The notes under the pieces: model-generated
Told to the model about the DNA's origin: nothing
The model's database searches: none
Seen by the model: the letters and a program-made list of their open reading frames with translations, nothing else
Program-made: the position numbers and the translations under genes
NCBI GenBank assembly: GCA_964636575.1
Contig: CAZWSE010000001.1
Location: 36,669-100,668, forward strand
DNA length: 64,000 bases
Reading direction: 5' to 3'
Source: an uncultured Sulfitobacter sp.
GTDB taxonomy: Bacteria; Pseudomonadota; Alphaproteobacteria; Rhodobacterales; Rhodobacteraceae
In this document: piece after piece, positions 51,543 through 60,753 of the stretch
Layout: each line of letters begins with the position of its first letter
Position numbering within the stretch: the stretch's first letter is position 1

Positions 51543-52141
51543 CTTGGGCTGAGTACCGATACGTACCCTTCCCGAATCACATCAGGATCATAGGCTTTAC
51601 GTCCAAAGACCTCGCGCACCAAAGGCTCAAAGCTGTCCAGTGGGTCGCTGTCATAGTCTGGGTCAAACGACGCTTGGTCCCACCGTTCGCAAAAGGCGGC
51701 GCAGGTGTCATAGCAGGGGTGATCTTTGAACCTGTCCCGCGCGTTGCGGTCCCAGCCGTAGTGGTGCCCGTAGTAGAGCATTTGAAAAATGCCGTGGTGT
51801 TCGACTGTCCAAGCCACATCCCAACGCACGAAGGGCCGGATGACCTCCGCCGAGAACCGGTCATGGTTTTGCGGTGCCAACCCGTCGCCAATATCATGCA
51901 ATAAGGCCCCGACGATCCAATCAATGTCTGCTCCTTCACGCCGTGCGCGTGTCGCGGATTGCAGCCCGTGTTCAAGCCGTGTGATCCGGTAGCCTTCCAA
52001 CGTGGATTCACCGTGCCTGCGCAGTTCGTCCAGAATGCGGTCGGCGGTCATGGCGTGGAAGCTGTGTTCTTTCTCTGCCAGCAGATCATAGTCTTCTTTG
52101 GTGCCGTCTTTCATCTGGGTAAAGCTAACAGTTTCGGCCAT
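51539..52141 (-). CDS. HD-domain protein (COG4341-type predicted phosphohydrolase/oxygenase-like)
   Basis: LEHGLQSA...LLHDIGD...EHHG...ERWDQASFDP pattern of histidine/aspartate ligands. The family assignment is from memory. Confidence 0.65.
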   Translation of the reverse strand: MAETVSFTQMKDGTKEDYDLLAEKEHSFHAMTADRILDELRRHGESTLEGYRITRLEHGLQSATRARREGADIDWIVGALLHDIGDGLAPQNHDRFSAEVIRPFVRWDVAWTVEHHGIFQMLYYGHHYGWDRNARDRFKDHPCYDTCAAFCERWDQASFDPDYDSDPLDSFEPLVREVFGRKAYDPDVIREGYVSVLSPS

Positions 52142-52232
52142 TTGAGTGATCCCTTTTCGCATTTCTTGCGCAGAGCCTTGAAGCTTGCCTGCACAGTCGT
52201 TTTGTTAGGCACCAGCAAACAGGAAAACGCCA

Positions 52233-52976
52233 ATGTATGACACAAAATTCAACCGTCGGGTCCGTCGTTTGGTGTCATTTCTGATCACCGTGACGGTGTC
52301 AGTGGTCATTTGCGGGGGTGTGTATTGGTTGATCACGGACCCTAAGTCTCCTTTGCCGGACGCGTGGAATCCGATCAGCCAGCTGGACGTTTCAGAGCCT
52401 TATACGATGTGGACCGACCTTAAGCTGTCTCGTGCTACCAAGGATTCCGGTTTGTGTTTGGCTGTGCTTGAGGATGCAGACGTGAGCATTTCCCCAATGG
52501 AGGATCTGATCGTATCTGACCAATGTGGCATTGAAGGGCGGGTGACGATGCGGTCGGTTGGGTCTGCGCGTGTAACCCCTGTTGAAACACGCTGCGCCGT
52601 TGCATTGCGCATGGCGATGTGGGAACGGCACGGTATTCAGGTTGCAGCGCAAGCTTATCTGGACCAGCCGGTCGCCCGCATTCATCACTTTTCAAGCTAC
52701 AATTGTCGTGCGATGCGCACGGGTACAGGCGCCACGACGCGCATGAGTACCCACGCCACTGCAGATGCGATTGATGTGTCGGGGTTTACCCTTGCGGATG
52801 GTCAAATCATTGACCTTAGGCGGGATTGGGAAGGATCAGACAGTGAGGCTTTGTTCCTGAAAGCTGTCCGAGACAGTGCTTGTGACTGGTTTGTTACAAC
52901 CCTGTCGCCGGACTATAACGCATTGCATGCAGACCATTTTCACCTTCAAAACAAGGGATGGGGAACCTGTCGCTAG
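52233..52976 (+). CDS. Extensin-like C-terminal domain protein (membrane-anchored)
   Basis: N-terminal TM segment. C-terminal blocks SSYNCR, STHATADAIDVSGF and NALHADHFHL are typical of the Extensin-like_C family. Confidence 0.75.
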   Translation: MYDTKFNRRVRRLVSFLITVTVSVVICGGVYWLITDPKSPLPDAWNPISQLDVSEPYTMWTDLKLSRATKDSGLCLAVLEDADVSISPMEDLIVSDQCGIEGRVTMRSVGSARVTPVETRCAVALRMAMWERHGIQVAAQAYLDQPVARIHHFSSYNCRAMRTGTGATTRMSTHATADAIDVSGFTLADGQIIDLRRDWEGSDSEALFLKAVRDSACDWFVTTLSPDYNALHADHFHLQNKGWGTCR

Positions 52977-53082
52977 CGCGGGTGAGTGAAAATTCCAAAT
53001 TTTCCCTTTGTTAATACCTGAAATCGGCCCTAATCTGCCCGAACAGCCAAATAATGGCGAAGTCCAATGTGGGAGAATTAGT

Positions 53083-53424
53083 ATGGGCAAACGTGATGAA
53101 CTGATTGCTGTTTATGCAGACGATCTGAAAAACAAATGCGGGATGACACCTGACATGGATCTGTTGACCAAAGTCACAATCGGCTGTGGTCCGGCAATCT
53201 ACAACAAAGATGCCTCGACTGTTGCAGGCAGCCAGCCAGATGAGCTGGAAACTGTTAAAAACAACTTCCTGATGAAGAAATTGGGTCTGGCAGATAGCCC
53301 GGCGCTGATGGATGCCATCAAGTCTGTCTTGCAAACTTATGGCCAGTCCGAGCGCAACAAGTATCGCGCCGTGGTTTATTACATGCTGACAAAGCACTTC
53401 AACAAAGAGTCCGTTTACGGCTAA
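53083..53424 (+). CDS. DUF2853 family small protein
   Basis: 113 aa starting MGKRDELIAVYADDLKNKCG, with YRAVVYYMLTKHF. GGGAGA RBS. Confidence 0.7.
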   Translation: MGKRDELIAVYADDLKNKCGMTPDMDLLTKVTIGCGPAIYNKDASTVAGSQPDELETVKNNFLMKKLGLADSPALMDAIKSVLQTYGQSERNKYRAVVYYMLTKHFNKESVYG

Positions 53425-53446
53425 GCTGTTGAAAATGAGTTAGAAA

Positions 53447-53478
53447 GCGCCTGCTGGTTAAGCGGGCGTTTTTTTTAT
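53447..53478 (+). terminator. Rho-independent terminator after the DUF2853 gene
   Basis: CGCCTGC (53449-53455) pairs with GCGGGCG (53463-53469, one G-U pair), 7-nt loop, then T8. Confidence 0.7.
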
Positions 53479-53650
53479 GTGTTGCGTTTTAATGGCTTAA
53501 CGATTGAGAAATTTGGCTATTGAGCGTAAGACTTTGTTATCGGGCCAGGAGGCCGGAACCTAATTCAGTTACATGTGTGGTGGCCCAGTTTGGGAACACA
53601 TGGGGGGAGGGGTTCTGGCGTTGGTCAGGACCCCTCTATAGTTTTAGGCA

Positions 53651-54046
53651 TTAGAACAACCCTAGGATTGCTCCCATTATTGCGCATCCGAACGTTGCGT
53701 ATCCGCCGTCTATGATTGTCAGTTTGAACGGTCTCATTCCGTAGGCGTTGTTGATCATAATCCAGGGGCTGATGAAGAAAAGCCCGATCCCTAGCCCTGA
53801 AACCAGCCCTTTGCCAAAGCTCTCAATGCCTGAAAGTTCAAAGGTGTGCCGCATCATACCGGCAACCAAAAGCATCGCAAAAGCCGCTAAAACGTATGGA
53901 ATAGGCGAAGACATGCCTTCGGGCTTGCCGTCTGGTCCCATCAATATACGCGCCGCATCCATCCAAGGTTTTGCCAAAACCATGTACCAGATTGCCCCAA
54001 ACCCAAACCCTGCAACTGCTGCCACAAAAACCGAAAGAAATTCCAT
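53651..54046 (-). CDS. DUF1761 family membrane protein
   Basis: 131 aa, 4 TM segments, N-terminus MEFLSVFVAAVAGFGFGAIWY typical of DUF1761. Confidence 0.7.
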   Translation of the reverse strand: MEFLSVFVAAVAGFGFGAIWYMVLAKPWMDAARILMGPDGKPEGMSSPIPYVLAAFAMLLVAGMMRHTFELSGIESFGKGLVSGLGIGLFFISPWIMINNAYGMRPFKLTIIDGGYATFGCAIMGAILGLF

Positions 54047-54103
54047 GTCTCTCTCCCTGTGCTGAAACGCAAAGGAAGTCTAAGCTGTGATGCCTGCATT
54101 TTC

Positions 54104-54523
54104 CTAGGGCTTTGTATTACCCAGATCGCAGACCAAGGCCCATTCATCGGCTGTGACGGGCTGCACAGACAGTCTTGAATTCTTGACCAAGGCCATGTTT
54201 TCCAACCGGCTGTCTTCTTTGATCTGTGCGAGCGTTACCGGCGTCTCAAAGGGCCGCACGGCTTTGATATCTACACATTCCCAAGCCGGATTGTCGGTCG
54301 TGCTGTCGGGGTGTGCCTCTGCAATGACCTCAACAATACCAACGACCGCCTTGTCGGATTGTGAGTGATAGAAGAACCCAAGATCCCCGATCTTCATCTC
54401 TCGCATGAAGTTGCGCGCCTGATAATTGCGCACGCCGTCCCATTCTTCGCCCGCGTCGCCCTTTTTGACTTGCGCGTCCCAGCCCCAAGTGTCCGGTTCC
54501 GATTTGAACAACCAATAGGCCAT
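54104..54523 (-). CDS. EVE (PUA-like) domain protein
   Basis: MAYWLFKSEP...WDGVRNYQARNFMREMKIGDLGFFYHS is the canonical EVE N-terminus. The ATG at 54523 overlaps the yciI-like stop. Confidence 0.8.
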   Translation of the reverse strand: MAYWLFKSEPDTWGWDAQVKKGDAGEEWDGVRNYQARNFMREMKIGDLGFFYHSQSDKAVVGIVEVIAEAHPDSTTDNPAWECVDIKAVRPFETPVTLAQIKEDSRLENMALVKNSRLSVQPVTADEWALVCDLGNTKP

Positions 54524-54795
54524 TATCCGATAACCCGCTTCCATTCGATAAGCTCGACCGATTGGAATAGCCCTGCCTTGGCATAGGGGTCTGCATTTGC
54601 CCAGTTTTGCGCATCGGCCACTGATGGCAGATCAAGTATAATCAAGGATCCAATCATATCCCCTCCGTCGCTGAGCAGCGGCCCTGCCTGCGCAATCCCG
54701 TCTGAGCTTTTGAGGTACGCCAAATGCGCGTCTCTGTTGGCTTTGCGAACTTCGATTGAGCCTTCTTTGTCTTTGGCGATCAGTGCGATCAACAT
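54523..54795 (-). CDS. YciI family protein
   Basis: 90 aa with YciI-like blocks (R..HL.YL, DPY..AGLF). Confidence 0.8.
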   Translation of the reverse strand: MLIALIAKDKEGSIEVRKANRDAHLAYLKSSDGIAQAGPLLSDGGDMIGSLIILDLPSVADAQNWANADPYAKAGLFQSVELIEWKRVIG

Positions 54796-54799
54796 GGCT

Positions 54800-55756
54800 T
54801 TATTCCTTTCTGAGTGGTCTGGCCAAAAGAGCGGCCATCGCGTCTTTGATGTTTATCGTTTGATCGAGCAGCCCGACAACTGTTGCGGTGATCGGCATAT
54901 CGATGTTTGCGGCTTGCGCCTGTTTCAGAACCGCCCTTGCTGTTGCCGCACCTTCGACTGTGATGGTTCTGTCAAAAGGCTCGGACCGTCCGATGGCTTG
55001 TCCGAGACTATAGTTCCGTGATTGCGGTGACGTGCAGGTTAGCACCAAGTCCCCGAACCCGGATAAGCCGGCCAGCGTCTCTGGCGCTGCCCCTTTGTCT
55101 TTCGCGAACCGTATCAGCTCAGCGTACCCGCGTGTGAGCAGGGCCGCCCGCGCACTATCGCCATATCCGGCCCCGATTGCGGCCCCGCAAGCGATTGCCA
55201 TCACGTTCTTGAGCGCCCCGCCGAGTTCTGCCCCGATGGTATCGTTCGTCGTGTAAATCCGGATATTGCCCTGTGTTAGGGTCTGTTGAAGGCCCTGCGC
55301 CACCTTTTCATCTTTGCAGGCGAGTGTGAGCGCTGTTGGTAACCCCGCCCCGATGTCTTGTGCAAAGCTTGGGCCGGTCAGAAGTGCGGCGGTCGCTGCA
55401 GGTTGTAGCCGTTCCAGCAAGGCGATTGGTCCTTCTCCCGAAGTCAGATCAATACCTTTGCAGCATGCGACTGCGGCTTTACCGGACAGGTCGATGTCAT
55501 TCAAAAGTGACTGAAGCTGTTGCATGGGCACGGCCAGTAGGACCGTGTCAGATGCCAGTGCGTCTTGTATGTCTTCTGTGACCGAGAGCTGATCAGGGAA
55601 GGCTATTCCCTTTAATCGCAGTTTGTTTTCACGGTCTTTCCGCATATCCCGCACGTGCTCAGCATTTCGCGCCCAAAGCGTGACGGGCATGTGCTGTCCC
55701 AATGCGACAGCCAAGCCTGTCCCAAATGCGCCGCCTCCGATGATGCCGAGCGTCAT
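54800..55756 (-). CDS. gpsA: NAD(P)H-dependent glycerol-3-phosphate dehydrogenase
   Basis: GGGAFGT Rossmann motif, GALKNV, LGDLVLTC blocks. Confidence 0.92.
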   Translation of the reverse strand: MTLGIIGGGAFGTGLAVALGQHMPVTLWARNAEHVRDMRKDRENKLRLKGIAFPDQLSVTEDIQDALASDTVLLAVPMQQLQSLLNDIDLSGKAAVACCKGIDLTSGEGPIALLERLQPAATAALLTGPSFAQDIGAGLPTALTLACKDEKVAQGLQQTLTQGNIRIYTTNDTIGAELGGALKNVMAIACGAAIGAGYGDSARAALLTRGYAELIRFAKDKGAAPETLAGLSGFGDLVLTCTSPQSRNYSLGQAIGRSEPFDRTITVEGAATARAVLKQAQAANIDMPITATVVGLLDQTINIKDAMAALLARPLRKE

Positions 55757-56850
55757 GCCTTGGCCCCCTTCTTTCCGCTTCCGATCAAGGCAGCGCTTTT
55801 TTGGTCCAGTGGCCAGCGTGGCCGTGCGGCGAGCATCATGTCATCCGTCAATCCGGCCTCAAACCGTTCAAGTCCGGCGTAGGCGATCATAGCTGCGTTG
55901 TCGGTACAAAGTGCGAGCGGTGGAGCCAGAAAACCAGTGTCTGTTTCTGCGCAAATAGTCTCTAATGCGGTTCGAATGGTCTGGTTCGCAGCCACCCCGC
56001 CCGCCACAGCAAGCGTTCCAGTGTCGTTTGCTTCATCTATGTATATCGACAGCGCTTTCCGCGCTTTTTGTGACAGAACGTCCGCAACTGCCGCTTGAAA
56101 GCTGGCGGCAAGGTCTGCTTGATCCTGCGCCGTTAATCCGTGTTGTGCGGCAATTACCTTGTCCCGCGCCCGCAGGACTGCGGTTTTGAGGCCGGAGAAA
56201 GACATGTTGCAGTCGTCTCTGTCTGCAAGTGGTCTAGGGAGATTGAAGCGCTTTGCGTCGCCGGAAAGGGCCGCCTTTTCGATAGAAGGCCCGCCTGGTT
56301 GCGGCAGTCCTATAAGCCGTGCGACCTTGTCGAACGCTTCCCCCGGTGCGTCATCGATCGTGCCGCCAAGACGTGTGTAGTCATCATGCCCGCGCACGAT
56401 CAGAAACTGGCAATGCCCGCCTGAAACCAGCAGCATGAGATATGGAAATTCGATCTGGTCGGTCAGCCGTGGCGTTAATGCATGTCCTGCAAGATGGTTA
56501 ACCCCGATCAAGGGCAACCCAGTGGCTGCACAGATGCCTTTTGCGCACATAACACCTGATAAAACCCCCCCGATAAGGCCCGGACCCGCTGTTACTGCGA
56601 CCGCATCTATGTCGGACAAGGTGGTTCCTGCAGCTTTTAACGCTTCTTCGACAGAGATATCGAGTTTCTCAGCGTGTGCCCGCGCTGCGATTTCCGGCAC
56701 GACCCCGCCAAAGCCTGCGTGAAGTTGGGTTTGCCCGTAGACAATCGACGACAGAATTTTGGCGTTTCCAGACCCAGTTTTGCGCAAAACGGCCGCCGCT
56801 GTGTCATCACAACTGCTTTCCAGACCAAGAATTGTGACTGTGTTCGTCAT
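55753..56850 (-). CDS. tsaD: tRNA N6-adenosine threonylcarbamoyltransferase TsaD
   Basis: [20 protein letters not shown] metal site, LLVSGGH. ATG at 56850. Confidence 0.95.
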   Translation of the reverse strand: MTNTVTILGLESSCDDTAAAVLRKTGSGNAKILSSIVYGQTQLHAGFGGVVPEIAARAHAEKLDISVEEALKAAGTTLSDIDAVAVTAGPGLIGGVLSGVMCAKGICAATGLPLIGVNHLAGHALTPRLTDQIEFPYLMLLVSGGHCQFLIVRGHDDYTRLGGTIDDAPGEAFDKVARLIGLPQPGGPSIEKAALSGDAKRFNLPRPLADRDDCNMSFSGLKTAVLRARDKVIAAQHGLTAQDQADLAASFQAAVADVLSQKARKALSIYIDEANDTGTLAVAGGVAANQTIRTALETICAETDTGFLAPPLALCTDNAAMIAYAGLERFEAGLTDDMMLAARPRWPLDQKSAALIGSGKKGAKA

Positions 56851-56919
56851 GGGGCTACCGTTGTCAGATGTCTTGTTCGCAGGTATCACTTGAGACCTTG
56901 GCAAACAATCCCGGTGCCC

Positions 56920-57654
56920 ATGATGCCTGTTTCAGTTCTTTTGACCCGTCCGGCTGCCAGCGCTGCCCGCTTTCAAAAGCTGTTGCAGGATCGGCTTGCT
57001 GAACAGGTCGAGGTTTTTGTGTCCCCGCTGATCGGTATTGAACCGTGTGTTTCTTCTATTGATCTGTCGGGCTATCAGGGCGTTGTGTTTACATCCTCGA
57101 ACGCGGTGCGCGTTGCGACAGAGCTGATAGGCCACACTGACCTGCCTGCCTATTGCCTCGGCGTCCAAACCACTGCTTTGGCCCGTGAAAACGGATGGTC
57201 AGCGGTTCAGTATGGTCAAGATGCTCAAACATTAATCACTGCGATTGCTAAAGGTCGTCCACCTGCACCCTTACTGCATCTGTCAGGCGTTCATACCCGT
57301 GGCAATGTCGCCGAGCATTTGACCGATGCAGGTGTTCTGACAGCCGCGCTTGAGATCTATGACCAGCCCGTTTTGCCACTTTCCCCGGAGGCAGAACGCT
57401 TGTTCGTAGGGGGAACCTCAATGATAGTTCCCCTTTTTTCTCCGCGCAGCGCCGCGCAGTTTTGTGCGACTGCGCCCTTTTCAGATGGCGCGGTCACTGT
57501 CGCGATCAGCGATGCGGTTGCCGGCTCTCTTACTGAGCAATGGCGTGGTGGCGTCACAATTGCCGCTGCTCCTACGGCGGATGCAGTAATTGACGCGATT
57601 GAAATGCACGTCAAACGCTTGTCTCGGGTTGAGAGAACGGACGCTGGACAGTAA
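56920..57654 (+). CDS. hemD: Uroporphyrinogen-III synthase
   Basis: 244 aa from the ATG at 56920. VLLTRP and VFTSSNAV blocks. Divergent from tsaD. The ORF-track extension to 56674 is rejected. Confidence 0.8.
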   Translation: MMPVSVLLTRPAASAARFQKLLQDRLAEQVEVFVSPLIGIEPCVSSIDLSGYQGVVFTSSNAVRVATELIGHTDLPAYCLGVQTTALARENGWSAVQYGQDAQTLITAIAKGRPPAPLLHLSGVHTRGNVAEHLTDAGVLTAALEIYDQPVLPLSPEAERLFVGGTSMIVPLFSPRSAAQFCATAPFSDGAVTVAISDAVAGSLTEQWRGGVTIAAAPTADAVIDAIEMHVKRLSRVERTDAGQ

Positions 57655-57706
57655 GGTTAGCCCACGCGCTCGTGGTGGGTACGAGAATCGAAGGGGGTTG
57701 TAACTG

Positions 57707-59164
57707 GTGGCTAAGCGGACAACGGGGGGGCGAAAGCCCAAAACCAGCAGAACAAAGAAGACATCGGCAGCGAAAGCTAAGGCAACAGATGTTGTCGATA
57801 GCGTCGCAAATGATGTGACGGATGAGGTTTCGTCCAAGTTGGATAATGTAGCTGAGATAGCTGCTGATGCGGCGAATGACGTTGAAAGTGCACAGACGTC
57901 TTCGAACACCATTGATTCTAAAGAAGCTGACAAGCTGGAAGCGGAATTGACCAAAATTGATGAGGTCAGTGATCCCGCAGGTGATGCAACATCGACCGAA
58001 GAAATAGTCTACACAACCCCTGAAGCGGCCGCCGTAGAGCCCGTGGTTGTGCGCAAAGGTGGCTTTGTTCCGATGCTTTTGGGCGGCGCTGTCGCTGCTG
58101 GACTTGGATTTGCTGCCTCTGAAATGGACCTGTTAGGATCGGGCTCTTCTTCGGACTCGAATTCGACAGAACTGACGGCATTGACCGAACAAATCGAAAG
58201 CCAATCCTCGTTGATTGCAGCGCTTGAAGAAAAAGTTAGCGGCTTGTCGGACGCTGGTGCCGAGGACCCGAATGCCGAAGCGATCTCGTCTATCATTGCT
58301 GAAGTTGAGTCTGTCGCGGCCGAAGTGGAAACTGTGACCGGTTCTATCGGTTCAGTCTCTGAGACCGTGACTGCTATCGACACCCGCCTGACCACTTTGG
58401 AAAAGGCTCCGATTGCCGAATCTGTTTCGCCTGCGGCTATTGAAGCTTACGAGCGTGAGTTGTCTCAGTTGGGCGAAAGCATTGCTGCCCAGCGCGCCGA
58501 GGTGGAACAGATGTTGTCTGAAGCCACCACTGCCGAAGCCAAAGAGAACGAAGCTTATGCCGCTGAATTGGCCGCGCTGACCGCAAGCATCGCGACCCAG
58601 CGTGAAGAAGTGGACCTGATGTTATCCAACGCTAAGGCCGTAGAAGAAGAGGCTGTTGCAGCGGCCAAGACCGCCGAAGTAAAGCTGGCCTTGTCTAATG
58701 TGGTCTCTGCGATTGATGCAGGTGACCCCTTTGACGCCGAACTGGCCGCCTTGGGCGAAGCTGGCGGTCCTGATATTCCTGATGCGTTGGTCGCTGTCGC
58801 TGAAACCGGTCTTCCGACCCTAAGCGCCTTGCAAGACAGCTTCCCTGCATTGGCCCGCCAAGCTCTGGCCTCTGCACGCGCGGAGGCGCCTGCAGAGGAA
58901 GGCAGTGGCGGCATCGGATCATTCTTGCAACGCAGTTTGGGCGCCCGTTCGACCACCCCGCGTGAAGGTGATGGTCCGGATGCGGTGTTGTCTCGTGCCG
59001 AGGCTGCCCTGAAAGACGGCGATGTTGAAACAACCCTTTCCGAAGTTGAAAAACTTCCCGAAGGGTCCAAAACCATTATGGCCGATTGGTTGGCCCAAGC
59101 TGCTGCCCGACTGGAGGCCCGCTCTGCTGCGGATGCTCTGGCGGCGAGCCTGAATACAAACTGA
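57707..59164 (+). CDS. Alphaproteobacterial Mic60/mitofilin-like membrane protein (COG4223, HemX-position gene)
   Basis: GTG start. Basic N-terminus, one TM segment (VPMLLGGAVAAGLGFAA), a long Ala/Glu coiled-coil region and a C-terminal mitofilin-like block (LSRAEAALKDGD...ADWLAQAAARLEA). Located after hemD. Confidence 0.7.
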   Translation: MAKRTTGGRKPKTSRTKKTSAAKAKATDVVDSVANDVTDEVSSKLDNVAEIAADAANDVESAQTSSNTIDSKEADKLEAELTKIDEVSDPAGDATSTEEIVYTTPEAAAVEPVVVRKGGFVPMLLGGAVAAGLGFAASEMDLLGSGSSSDSNSTELTALTEQIESQSSLIAALEEKVSGLSDAGAEDPNAEAISSIIAEVESVAAEVETVTGSIGSVSETVTAIDTRLTTLEKAPIAESVSPAAIEAYERELSQLGESIAAQRAEVEQMLSEATTAEAKENEAYAAELAALTASIATQREEVDLMLSNAKAVEEEAVAAAKTAEVKLALSNVVSAIDAGDPFDAELAALGEAGGPDIPDALVAVAETGLPTLSALQDSFPALARQALASARAEAPAEEGSGGIGSFLQRSLGARSTTPREGDGPDAVLSRAEAALKDGDVETTLSEVEKLPEGSKTIMADWLAQAAARLEARSAADALAASLNTN

Positions 59165-59174
59165 GGGGCCCGTT

Positions 59175-60644
59175 ATGATTTGGTCATTGATAAAGATTGT
59201 TTTGTTCGTTTGCGTTGTGGCCATGGTGGCCCTTCTTGGCGGGTACCTGTTAGAAGCTGATGGTGGCTTGCGTGTCGAATTCGCTGGCATGGAATACAAC
59301 CTGACCCCGTTTCTGACCGTGGTCGCTTTGGTCTTACTGGTCTTTGCGGTTTGGCTGTTTCTTAAACTCATGGGCGTCTTGGTTGCGACCTGGAAGTTCT
59401 TGAACGGCGACGAGACTGCGCTTTCCCGCTACTTTGACCGCAACCGCGAACGCAAAGGCTATGATGCCTTGTCCGAAGGGATGACTGCCTTGGCCGCTGG
59501 CGAAGGTCGAGAAGCTATGGCCAAAGCTGCCCGCGCTGAGAAGTACCTTGATCGCCCAGAGCTGACCAACCTTCTGACCGCCCAAGCCGCTGAAATGTCC
59601 GGCGACACCAAGAAGGCCGCTGAGGTTTACAAAAAGCTTGTCTCCAATCCTGCCACCCGTTTTGTCGGTGTTCGTGGCATCATGAAGCAAAAGCTGTCTG
59701 AGGGTGATACGACCACTGCGCTTGCTTTGGCCGAGAAAGCCTTTGCGCTGAAGCCCAAGCACGTTGAGACCCAAGACGTCTTGCTGAACCTGCAAGCCAA
59801 GACCGAAGACTGGTCTGGTGCCCGCAAGACCCTGTCTGCCAAGTTGAAGTCCGGCAGCTTGCCCCGCGATGTTCATCGCCGCCGCGACGCTGTTCTGGCC
59901 TTGTCCGAAGCCAAGGTTATTCTGGCTGAAGACAGCACCATCGAAGCCCGCGAGGCCGCGATTGCTGCGAACAAGCTGTCTCCTGACTTGATCCCCGCCG
60001 CCGTAATGGCTGCGCAAAGCTACATCGATCAAAACAAACCTCGCTACGCATCGCGTGTGGTGACAAAGGCTTGGGCTGCGAAACCGCATCCTGATTTGGC
60101 CGCCGTCTTTGCGTCGATTGCCCCTGATGAGACGCCTGCTGCCCGTTTGAAGCGGTTCAACACCTTGACCCGTCAAAACAAGGACAATCCTGAGACGATC
60201 ATGCTTATGACCGAGCTGCACATCGCCAATGAGGATTTCCCGACAGCCCGCCGCACATTGGGTGATCTGGCTGAAACCGATCCGAGCGGTCGTGCATTGA
60301 CCTTGATGGCTGCGATTGAACGTGGCGAAGGTGCCGATGATGCGGTTGTCCGTGGTTGGTTGACGAAGGCTGTTACTTCGCCGCGAGGTCCGCAATGGGT
60401 CTGTAGCAACTGCCACAGCATTCATACCGACTGGATGCCTGTCTGTAGCACCTGCGAGAGCTTTGACACTCTAAGCTGGACGTCTCCGCCCGAGGCTGAG
60501 GTTTCCATGCCGTCCAATGCAACCATGTTGCCTTTGATTGTCGGTGAGCCAGAGCCAGAGGCGCCGTCTGAAGATGATCTGCCTGAAGTGCAGTTGTTGG
60601 AAGCAGAAGACGTGGTTCCAGAGGATGCCAAGCCCGCGGGCTAG
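59175..60644 (+). CDS. HemY-like N-terminal domain / TPR membrane protein (ORF53-type) with C-terminal 4-Cys zinc-ribbon-like motif
   Basis: Two N-terminal TM segments, TPR-like helical repeats, and CSNCHSIHTDWMPVCSTC near the C-terminus. Immediately downstream of the Mic60-like gene. Confidence 0.75.
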   Translation: MIWSLIKIVLFVCVVAMVALLGGYLLEADGGLRVEFAGMEYNLTPFLTVVALVLLVFAVWLFLKLMGVLVATWKFLNGDETALSRYFDRNRERKGYDALSEGMTALAAGEGREAMAKAARAEKYLDRPELTNLLTAQAAEMSGDTKKAAEVYKKLVSNPATRFVGVRGIMKQKLSEGDTTTALALAEKAFALKPKHVETQDVLLNLQAKTEDWSGARKTLSAKLKSGSLPRDVHRRRDAVLALSEAKVILAEDSTIEAREAAIAANKLSPDLIPAAVMAAQSYIDQNKPRYASRVVTKAWAAKPHPDLAAVFASIAPDETPAARLKRFNTLTRQNKDNPETIMLMTELHIANEDFPTARRTLGDLAETDPSGRALTLMAAIERGEGADDAVVRGWLTKAVTSPRGPQWVCSNCHSIHTDWMPVCSTCESFDTLSWTSPPEAEVSMPSNATMLPLIVGEPEPEAPSEDDLPEVQLLEAEDVVPEDAKPAG

Positions 60645-60691
60645 TGGGTTTGCATCTTTGCACTGATCTGAAATCGGAACAATTGAAAGTA

Positions 60692-60707
60692 TTAAGCCGC
60701 CCTTAAC
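60692..60707 (+). promoter_or_regulatory. CtrA-type box TTAA-N7-TTAAC upstream of motB
   Basis: TTAAGCCGCCCTTAAC read at 60692-60707, about 47 nt upstream of the motB ATG. Flagellar genes are CtrA-controlled in Rhodobacterales. Confidence 0.5.
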
Positions 60708-60753
60708 ACCCTGTGGGCTATGTCTGGCCTTGGGTGAAAATATAGGTGGTGTG

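Noticed and set aside
60645-60663. Sigma-54-like TGGGTTTGCATCTTTGCAC upstream of motB.
   Set aside because: The GG and GC elements are not at the required GG-N10-GC spacing.
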